NCBI GenBank assembly: GCA_008632985.1
Contig: QPGO01000005.1
Span: 1,075,607 to 1,139,606, forward strand
DNA: 64,000 nt
Direction of reading: 5' to 3'
Source of the DNA: Psammoneis japonica
Taxonomy: Eukaryota
A program made the translations under genes and the position numbers. This document shows, piece by piece, positions 51,487-62,072 of the stretch. Under the pieces are notes generated by a model. That model worked only from the letters and a program-made list of their open reading frames with translations. It had not been told where the DNA came from and did no database searches. Position 1 is the first letter of the stretch, and each line of letters opens with the position of its first letter.

Positions 51487-51819
51487 GGTCCTGCTTCTGC
51501 AGAGAAAATGAGGTGCGGTGCAGAGAGTTTGCAGCATGCAGAGTCTCTACTAGTATGTTTTCTACGTATTTCTACACAAATCTTTGCGCGAAGCGACGAT
51601 CGGAGCTTCAGGCGCGATATTTGAGCTTCGCGCACGAAAACGCGCAATTGTTTCCGAATTCGTAGTAAATCCACAATGGCGGCACGCAATCGAGGCCCTG
51701 TGCTGCATGCAAGAGGTTTAAGAATGATGCTGACAAACAATTCCACCAATCATGACAATCACAACAGTCGTTTACGGCGTTACTGTCGAGAGAATGCAAT
51801 GAGTTCGATTAGTCTTGCG

Positions 51820-52020
51820 GCAAGTCGTGCAGTTCGCTTCGCTGCGAAGGGGGAGCGAAGGGTTCGCTTCGCTGCGAATTCGCTGCGAATTCGCTGCGAA
51901 GGCTTGTCGGCTTCGATGCGCAAGAGTGAATTTGCAGCGAAGCCTTCGCCACGAATTCGCAACGAAGGCTTATTCGCTTCGCTGCGAAGGCGGAGCGAAG
52001 GGGCTTCGAAGGCTTGTTTG
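51820..52020. repeat. CpG-rich TTCGC/GCGAA short-repeat cluster
   Basis: TTCGCTTCGCTGCGAA occurs three times, with many direct and inverted TTCGC/GCGAA units. Confidence 0.75.
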
Positions 52021-52284
52021 CAGGTGTTGCAACGCCTTTTCAACGAGCTTGTAAAAAAAACAATTTAGCAGGTAGTGCAGCAAAACGACATTCGAAAGTA
52101 AACAAGAAGAAAGAATAGAACGTAAGTTGGGTGATGCCGCTCATCTTTTATTCGGTAGGGCCTGTACTACACGTCCGTAATGATGCGTGCTCTGTGACAT
52201 ATATTTGATTTGTTGTTGATCGTTTTGACGGATTTTTGAAACCAAACTAATCACTACACTTTTTTATTCACAGTACTCTTGGCA

Positions 52285-55223
52285 ATGCCTTGCCTTGGCA
52301 AGAACAAGATCTACCGTCTTCTCTTGCTCCTTCTCTTGGCTTCTTGCATTGTAGATGCAAAGAAGGTCAAGGTCAAGGAGGTCAAAGGGAACAAGAAGAA
52401 GCTTGATGTCGATGAGCTCGGGCCGTCCGACCAGTCCATTGGCGACATAGAAGAGATTGAAATAAACGTTAAGGTTGGAGGACCATTCAAGAAAATCAAA
52501 AAGTTGCCCGGAAGTCGCGGCGTGGGCAATCACTGGGCAGGTGAAGGTGAAAAGGGCGAGGCGATGAACCTTGTGCGCTCCAAAGGGCGAAAGGGACGCC
52601 ATGATATCTTGGTCGGATCTTTTGTCGATCCTACCGAGAATGTGGTCCACCAGATTAGGCAGGACGCAAATGGTGATACTTTTATGTTCTCCAAGCCCAC
52701 TGAAGACTTTCCTCCCGATAAGTATGTTTCCGTGGATGGTGAGAGAGCCCTTCTCGAGAACCTCCGTACGGACAAGGGGTCGCTTCGGGGCGCTCACGCT
52801 CTAAATCGCCGGCTCCAGAGCAAACCCGTCATTCGTATGCTCGTAGTTTGGACACAGGAAGCCGAGTGCATGCAGTCGTCCCTGCCATCAGGATGCACAG
52901 TGACCGATACAACCCACGCCAACATGGAGGCTTTGGCGGAACTGGCCGTTGCGGAAACAAACACTGCCTATGACTTGTCCGGAGTCGACGCCGAGCTTCA
53001 ACTTGCCTTTGCCTATCGCGATCCTGACAATTATGTTGAGTATGCTACCGCCACCGACGATGCATTTGAAAACGCGCTTAGGGATCTCAGGCAAGATAGC
53101 CCTGCAGACACCTTTTTGAACGACGTGCATACCAAGCGCACTGAGTATGGAGCGGATGCGGTCGTCCTGATGATTGCGGACTCCGCGTTTTGTGGTTTGG
53201 GCTATGTGAACACTTCCCCTCAAGCAGGTTATATGTTTTCCGTTAATGATTGGGGCTGTTCAACAGGTTATTACAGTTTTGGCCACGAACTTGGTAAGTG
53301 CGTTTTTCATTGACGCAACAGCAGTCCTTTCTGTAACTAAATTCGATTTTCTTTTGCTTCGCGCGGGTATTTTAGGGCATAACATGGTGAGCAGAGCTTC
53401 GGGCTTTTCGATATCTTGCACGTACGTGTAGCACTCATTTTCTTGCCCAAACATCTCTAAAGGGGTGTTATCACGATCGCGGAACTGAAAATCAATGCGA
53501 TACTGCGACGCATACAAACAGCTACTATGGGTTCCGCGACACCGGCGGCGCCTTTCGCTCAATTATGGCATATAATTGCAATACAACTCAGTGTGATAGC
53601 AACCCAAGCAATTCTTGCACCCGTGTTCAAAGGTTCTCTCACCCCGGAAACTACATCGTCGGCGGAGTGAGTCAAGGAGCTATCGGCGATTCTAATAACG
53701 ACTGCGCTGCCCAACTCAGCGCCGTGGCTGAAACCGTCTCAAACTTCTACGCCACTCCCACTTGTGGCAATGGAGACGTTGATGCTGGCGAAGACTGCGA
53801 CCTCGTGAATTTGAACGAACAAAGCTGTGAAAGTCTCGGACTTACAAGCGGCATCCTCCAGTGCGACCGTGATTGCAACTTTGACACATCTTTATGCTCG
53901 GGCAATGTCCCATCGGGGCCGACTGATATCCTTTTCATCGTGGATACTACTGGAAGTTATCATGAAGATCTGCCCGTGTTTCAGGAAGAAGCCCCGACGA
54001 TAATGGAGAACATTCAGGCCGTTAACGCCGACACTAGATTTGCTCTTGTCCGATTTCAAGATTTCCCAGTGTCCCCCTTTGGTGCTCCTGGAGATGTTCC
54101 GTATGAACGGGTCGTCGACTTTACAGACGATCCTGAGGTAATGTCTTCAGCCATCGCCGGGTTGGTTGCAACGGGCGGCGCAGATGGGCCTGAGAGTCAG
54201 CTAGAGGCAATTTGGCAGTCTATCAGTGGACCTAACAAGGTGTCTTTCCGCACTGAAGCTTCCAAGTTCATCATGTTGTGGACAGATTCTCGATTTCACC
54301 GTCCTGAAGTCGAATCACCGCCTTATCCAGTAGAGGCGCATACTACCCAGCAGGTGTTAGATGCACTAACTGCATTGCAGAGTACGCGCCGCCATCTCAT
54401 CGATATTCATATTCCTCCCATCAATCCTCCAAGTCCTCCCCCGCCAATCTGGCCGTTGAACTTCATTGGTATCTCAAGGAACGACAACGCAGATGTGCTT
54501 GGGGACTTGGCAGGAATTGCTAGCCATGTCGGAACAGTCGGGCCATTCGACTGTGATGGTGATGGGGTTGATGAAATTGGTGCTGGCGAACCCGTCGCTT
54601 GTCCTTCAGTTACATCGGAAGGTCTTGGTGAAAGTATCACGACTATTATCGAAGAGACGATAGAGAGCTATACTCCCGAAGCATTGTGCGTAGACGCAGT
54701 TGAGACGACAACCGACGATGGGGAATGCCATGCGACCGTGGATATCGATGACGGCTCATCTGATCCAGGAGACCTCCCGATCGCCTTATATCAGCCTTCA
54801 AAGTTTCCCCTGGGCTTCAATTCAGCTACTCTGGTGGTTACCAATTCGTATGGTTACTCAGGTCATTGCGATACTACAGTGACGGTGACGGATGACGAAC
54901 AGCCCGAGCTCGATTGCAACATTCCCGACGATGGGATTGGCCCTAACGACGCGCCTGTGACTATCCAAATGCTCGCTACAGATAACTGTGGCGTGGTGAC
55001 TCGGAATGTCGACAATCTTTCTTGCTTCAAGGAGAAAAAGAAGGGCGGGAAACAACAAGTCAAGTGTAACAGCTTTGTCGAAGAAAGTCCCGACGGAATT
55101 TTGTACATTCGAAACACGGGAGGAGTGGGTACCCATATTAGCTGGAAGATACACGCCGTGGACACTTCGCTCAACAGCGCAAGTAAAGACTGTGAACTCG
55201 TGATCCGCCGCCCAAACGCTTAG
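52285..55223 (+). CDS. Secreted metzincin (M12-like) metalloprotease with Cys-rich, VWA and Ig/HYR-like modules; exons 52285-53293, 53376-53386, 53463-55223
   Basis: Signal peptide; spliced HELGHNMGCYH; Met-turn SIMAY; VWA motifs DILFIVDTTGSY and GGADGPESQLEAI. Confidence 0.9.
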
Positions 55224-58200
55224 AGGAGGACCTTCGCTCTTGGAAAGCGTTGTTTGTCCGTCCTGCATGTTCTTTGTTGAATAACACCATCGAGAAAACA
55301 TCATACAAAAATTAGCGGCTTCACCACGGAACGAGAAAAAATGCATTTTTAGTAGCAAACTTCGGTTGAGAGTGAGGAGCAACCATGGTTTTCCTGCGTG
55401 TTTAGCATCACGGCTCATTGCATGCGATTGGAGCGAACCAATCTGATTCGACAGAGAGGCGATTACCTCGAGCCAACGTTTTATATCCATGATGAACAGG
55501 CTTTGAATAGACCCTATAAGGGTGTTCTTTTATCATTCTTTGTAGATAATTCCGTAAGGGAGTTCTTTTTCCATTCTTTGTGATTAATTCCGTAATGAAG
55601 TGTAAGCGTCTCATCCGCATCAGGATAGGATGTAATGCATTGTCAAGGCCAGAAAGAAGTGAACGAGGAACACAATTGTCGTTCCCGCGTTAGTGAATTA
55701 AGGATGTATCTACGTGCTGCGGTCTAATTTAAAATAGCTCGCATTTCCCGCACTTCACCGTGACATTTTGACCTGCCTCGGAACACCCCCGAACACTTGT
55801 GTTTCCGTCAAACCCTCGTGAGGGCTGTCAGACGGCCAACAAGAGCTGCACATTTAGCACTTCAAATTCCACTTGTCGGCCTGTGCCCTGTTGTCAGGTC
55901 GAAAAAACCGCCAATTTTTGCTAAAATCGGATGGCATGCTGGTGTCACCTTTCAGACAACAGGTTGCCACCCATCTCCAAGCCAGCTGGGCTGCCAATTG
56001 TGGCACTGCAACACTTGCGACCATTCTCAGCATCACTTTCACAATGGCTGCGAGACAACAAACTCAATGAGGCACAACGTGTTGTGGAAGAGAGTGGAGC
56101 CCACTTGGGTTTGCACCCAAAGTGTGCGAGCGTCCATTGTGCCAGTCATGAGGGGCCCAGAGTTGCCAACAAAGCAACTCAAGAGGTCAGGGGAGAAAAT
56201 GGCAAAGAGAAGGAGAGAGCGGCAAGGCAACAAAACATTGCACTTCTTGTGCCATTGGCAATGAGTGGATCAACAATCGCGCTCCTTTGGGCAAGAGTGA
56301 GGAGCCCTGGAAGTCAACCCCACAGGAGCCAGCAGTTGATTTGGAGAGCAGCTTGTGTTGTCAGACAAAAAGGCTGCAGAGCAAAGGGTGGGTGCACACA
56401 GATGACTTTGGCAAGACAAAATGCACAAACACTGCTTTGAGCTGGCAGAGAGCCGTGCTTGGGGACAGAGAAAAGCCAGCATCAAAGCAAAGGAAAAGCA
56501 AAGCACCAGCCTGCTGAAGCTGACAAACCCCATGGAGAGGAGAAGAAGCTGGGCATGCTCTGGTCTTCTCAGCCTTTTTGGTGCAGGGTGTTTTGCTCTT
56601 TGCCTGGAGAATGCTGAGAAAAGATTGTCAAAGTGCGCACACATTCTTTCTCACCCATCTTGCAAACAGATGGCGCGTTTGAGCTGCCTTCACAAAGTGA
56701 CCCCTTTTGCAATGATCATGATGCTGCAGTGTGCAAGGCAACAAAATGACAGGAAAAACATGCTTCAATGTGCTGCTGCTTGTGGGGTGTTGCAGATGCA
56801 AGCAAGTGGCCAAATGCAGTGGCGCACATTCATTGTGGGACCCCACAAATGTGTGCGAAGGGACCCGCAACCCAGAGCTGTGTGGATTTTTGCGTGCAGG
56901 CATGGCATTGTGAACAAAAGCAATTGCTGTGCTTCTGGATGATGATCTTCTTTTGTCTTCCATGGGTGGGAACAATCCCAGCCATGTTCGTCAGTGAAGA
57001 TGCCATCGCCAGTCTTGCCAAAAGTTGACCTGCCTTCAAAAACAATTGTGCAAGTGCGTGCAACACAATGCTGCATGAAATGAGGGATGCTGGAGCAGCA
57101 GGCCTGGTGTGTTGACATCATGTGTGCACTTTGCATGACAACACTGTGAAAACCACATCATCACATGCAACATCCTCACTCTCCAAACTCAAGCCAAAGA
57201 AGGTTTTTGTGGGCAGCCATGATGAAAATGCAACAATTCTCCCTGGGGGCAACAAGTGTGCATGTTCTCAATGGCGCAACACAGGGCTGTCAAATGTTCT
57301 TTCCTTTGTCGACACATGCAACATTTTTGGTTGAAAACAGCCCAAAACAACATCTTGTCATTGGCCTGCAAACCTGAAAGACCCCTGTGCATGACCCCGC
57401 ATGTCACAGCTCAAAGTTGTGTCTGGGCTGAAGCTCCAGTTGCCCAAAACTCTGTGCTTTTCAGTGGCTCTGCACTTCAGCAGACTTGGGCTGAGGCAAA
57501 GCTGTCAACTTGTCTTGAAGAGCAGCACAGCAAAACTTGAATGAGAGCACCACTTTTGATGCCTCCATCATGAGACCGATGCCGGAACATGTGACATTGG
57601 GTGAGCTCTCAAGGGCAAGTTTTGCAACATTTTCTTTTGTTGTGCTCACAAGTTGATTGTTTTTAACATCTTTGTTGTTGGGGTGAAGTTTTCTTGCCCA
57701 TTGCTTCAGAAAGAATGAGAGTCAGAAGAACAGCAAAGAACAGATGAAAATTTTGTTGCTCGGGTCAAATGTCCAAGGAGCCACTCCCTGTGCCAGTGAT
57801 TGGTGCACCCACTTTCTAAGATGTGAGCCACCTCAAGAGCTGTGGATGACCAGCTCAGATGTGTGCTCCATCAACAACAGATCTCCAAGAGGTGCCACAC
57901 AACAACTTGGGAACTTTCTCTTTGCTCTGCGGCATCAGCCTGGCAAGCCTGGTCTGTCATGAACTCCAGCCCAGCAGCTTCCAGCATCTCAAGTGCTTGC
58001 CAAGCTTTGCCGTTCATTCCAGCCACCCGTGGTTGTCACATTCAAGGACTCACAGCAAGATCATGCTGTCAATTTGATGACAGTGCACAACGAAACTTCT
58101 CACAGTCTGGGTTAATTTGGTTGTCAAGCTGAGCAACTGGGGAGCCACTTCCAGGCAGATCTGTGCTTGTTTCTGCTCACATGAAACCACCCACCAGAAA

Positions 58201-59153
58201 AGCTGGGAACACCTGCTCTCCCTTTCTGTGCACACACAAGTGAGCAAATGTGGTTGCATCCAATGCACTTCCACTTGGACCTTGGAAATGGCGCTGCCAG
58301 TTGACTCACCTGTGGCAGAAATTTTGATGGACAGCACAGAAACGTGTGTGAAAGTGCAATGGCTGACAGCAACACCCTTCCCACAGGGTCAACAAAGACA
58401 TTCCAGGTGTGTGATTGCCACTCAAAAAAATTGACATTGATGGTCGAGCACCACCACACTTGGCACTTTTTGTGTGGCAACACCCAACCACAATGGCTGG
58501 GCGGCTCAATCTGTGCCACCCCTTTTGTTGAGCTGGCCAATCGGTGCATTTGCTCTGGCATGTGCTTCAGTCAGAGAGAGCTTTGAAACCTCTGCCACCC
58601 ACAGACTCTGGCGAATGGAGGCAACAACAGCAAAAATGCATGTGAGAAGCTGTCATGTGAAAAAAGAGGCATTTCAAAGAAAAAATTGAGCAGGAATCCA
58701 TGCCATGTGCTCCCTCATCAGAGTGCGCATTGCAGTGATCAACACTCCCATTTTCACAGTGATTTTCATTCCTTTTGTAGATGATGTTTTTGCAGTTTCA
58801 AACCTTGTCAGTTGTGCAGCTGGCAACAAATCTTTGTCTGTCAAAGTCACTTGTTTTTGCTGTGGAGTCCTCTTTTTAACCACAAGAAATCAACATTGAT
58901 TTTAAAGCAGCTCCCCTTTTCCCTGTCTTTGTGCATGCATTCCTTTGCTGCAGAAGCTGGCAATCAATGTCATCTGATCACCACACGTCACATGTTGATT
59001 TTTGCATTTGACGTGATGTGTGCAATGAATTTGTGCCGCTTTCCCAGCCCAACAATGAGCTGTTGCTTTTGCTTTTTCACATGGGTTGTCAATGAACACT
59101 GAGTCAATGCAATGGTGTCAGCTGCATTGCATTTTCAACTGGCCTGTGCTGGA

Positions 59154-59700
59154 GACACGTTCCAGGTCTGGGTGGGACCTCATGCTGCTGAACTGTGACA
59201 TCGACAGTTTTTTGAATCGCGTCGCATGTTGCGCACGTGCATTTCTACGTGATGTTGGCAAAATTTTGTGTGACTACAGTGCAATTGTCAGGCGATCCAT
59301 TCAACAACTTGGAATCTTTCGAAAATGACCCGTGATGCAAAAAGCACAAAACAACTGTGGGCGCCTGTGGAATCTGCGCGTTTTTGTGCTGAAACTGTCA
59401 TGTTCACAAAATTTGTGCAAAAACAGACTTGACTGTCATCGGGTCAGGTGCACTTTTGCAAATGCATTGAAGAAAAATGCACCTGATCAGAAAACAGTCA
59501 AGTCCATTTTTCGCAAAGTTAAAATTCACTGAGGACAGACAGACAGACTTTTCCATGATTTTCTTGGTGCTGTTCCACACACTTCTGCGCAAATGACTCT
59601 AAAGCGCAAAAGATTGCTGTTGAATGTTTTTTCCTTCTACGCCATTCTTGAGTGTCTTAAGAATGGGGCAATGCTCCTGAATTTCAACCGCCACACCTTT
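59154..59700 (-). mobile_element. One end of a longer member of the MITE family
   Basis: GACACGTTCCAGGTCTGGGTGGGACCTC... aligns with 12094-12240; family hairpin at 59642-59666; no partner end seen. Confidence 0.8.
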
Positions 59701-61770
59701 TGAAAACAGTCAAAATTGGCGGTGTGCAAGCTCCTCATTGAATGACCCACCCTTGATTGCACTTGTGACAATTTTGGCAATCAAATGTTCAGCTCAAACA
59801 GCACCTGCAAACATGAATGATGAAATCATCTTTGCAGCTGATGCAGACACATGCATGAAGATTGGCACCTGCAACAGTTTTGGCTTCAGGTGTGAACTGC
59901 TGTTCCAAGCCCATTTCCTGACTTGGCACCAACTTTGATCTCCAATCCACTTCTTCCACAGCATCTTCTTCCAAATGTGCAATGACAAAATTGCAGCACC
60001 TCCCATTGTGAGAGCGGTCAGTCATGCAATCAAATGTGTTTGTTGCCTCACAAACCCAGCCACAATGGATCCTTTCTAAGCTCCATTTGTGCTCATGTCT
60101 GCACCATCATCTCTCCTTCTTGTCTTCACAACCACACTTGTGATCCTTGCCAAGGTTCATTCCCTTGATGATCTCCAACATCCAACCATTGAACATCCTT
60201 TGTGTCAATTTGGAGAACTCCAATTTGATGCACTGCCATGTCCTTGAGTGTGTGTCATGTGTGATTTTGGGCTTGAATGATTCTGCAAGCTTCCTTGCAT
60301 TGAATGCGACACCTTTCTCATCCATCACCAGGCAGCAAACACCTCCTGAGCCATTGCCTGATGCTGGGCCTCTTTGCCCACCTTCAGGGTGGGCAAGCCA
60401 ATGGTGGACGTCTCTCTCAATGCATCAACATCTTGCTTGTCCGTGGCCAAATGCAGCTTGTCCCCCAGGATCCAGCAGCTGAAAACTGGCATCTCATTCT
60501 TGCAACCACAGTGCATCCAACTGTTGACACAAAACTGCTCTCCTTGTCTGTCCTGGTGTGTTGCCACTGAGCTCCAATGCTGCTTGGATCTGTGTGCATT
60601 CCTGGCTCATTTGATGATCACACCCAAATGCTCATCATCATTGTCCATCGCTGTTGAAGGACTTCTTTAAATTGCCATCAGCAACTGCTCAACAGCACAG
60701 CATTGATCATGTCTTCTTTTGAGTCAGGTGGTGTCTTGCATGGAAGACCAAATGAGGGAACGAGGGTGCACCGTGCCATCTCTGCCAGTCCATGGATTGC
60801 ACTCAAAAGGCAGATGACAGCATTCACGTTGTGGGTCTGCCCCTCCCCCCCCTGTCAATTTGGCGTTCTCCTCTTGAAGGAAAAGAACTTTGTTGGTTGC
60901 ATTGGATCAAATCTCTGCAGCTCATTGACAAATTTCAGGGCTGCATCCCTTGTTGTCTCGGAAGGGTTTCCCAAGAAGTTTCCCACTCTGTCACTCCCAA
61001 ATGCAGTTCTTCCTGATTGGATGGTTTTCCCAGCCAATCCCCCCTGTCCTGCTCTCCAATTTTGAGGGGGATGCCTGGCAAATTGTCACTTTGTCTTGCA
61101 CCATCTCCTGGGTTGCACCACGCACCAGTGCATGTTCTTCCATGTGCTCCAATTTGCGCACAACTTGGGCAAGGGACCACAAGTTGTGCAGGTGCATTGC
61201 TGAAAAGATCCTTGATCACTGTGCACCTGGCCTCATCTCTTCTCTGCTGCATGGATGACATGGACTTGATGCCTCAGTCTGAACAAAGTTCTTCCAAAGA
61301 GAGCTCACCTGCATTGACAGGCCTCATCATGGCCAGCCAAAGGACCTTGGCACCACCACCATCCCTTTCAGATTGGCAAATGGGAGGGAACATGCTGTCT
61401 TTGACCAGACGAACAAATTTGTGAAACAACCACAGCCAGTTTGCAAACCAACCATGACTCGCCACAGTGTTGCATTCATGCACTCGTCGGTGTCAAAGTT
61501 GTCCAGGCATGCAAGCATTGGACAAAGGACTGGATCCTCTGAAGACATGCTTGACTCAACATCATGATCAGAATTTGGTGAAGCGGATGAATTGACTGCA
61601 TGAGCGAGGCGCTCATGACTGGTTGAATTTCCTCCATGATCACAATCTGGGCCACATTGGGTGGGTCACCACCCCCATTCTGGGAGAATTTAGCATGCAT
61701 TGTGTTTGCAAAAATGGTCGACTCTGCAATGTTGGATGCTTTGTCACTTGCCAACGCGCTTTCAGTCAAC

Positions 61771-62072
61771 AAAAGGACATTGTTGTCAGCCAGCTGTCTG
61801 GCAACAACGGATTCAGACTCCTCTGATGACAAGTGCAATTTGTTGTTGGCGGCAACCATGCTGTCCAGCAATGAAAGCATTCATTGTCAGATGGCTGTTC
61901 AGCAACAACGCACTCAGATTCCTCTGACAATGAGCGCAATTTGTTGTCAGCAGTGACTGCAGCACCCAGCAACAAAAGCATGTTGTTGTCAGACGGCTGT
62001 CTGGCAAGAACATGCACTCAGATTCCTCTGACAATGAGTGCAAATTTGTTGTCGGTGGTGACTCAATTGAGC
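61771..62072. repeat. Three degenerate ~101-bp tandem units
   Basis: TTGTCAG..GCTGT..GCAA..A...TCAGA.TCCTCTGA...AGTGCAA.TTGTTGT recurs at ~101-bp spacing. Confidence 0.75.

Larger units (their letters stand above)
47755..51665 (+). mobile_element. Tc1/IS630-type DNA transposon (3.9 kb, ~115-bp TIRs)
   Basis: TIR CTACGAATTCGGAAACAATTGCGCGTTTTCGTGCGCGAAGCTCAAAT at both ends; flanks are TG (47753-54) and TA (51666-67). Confidence 0.93.
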
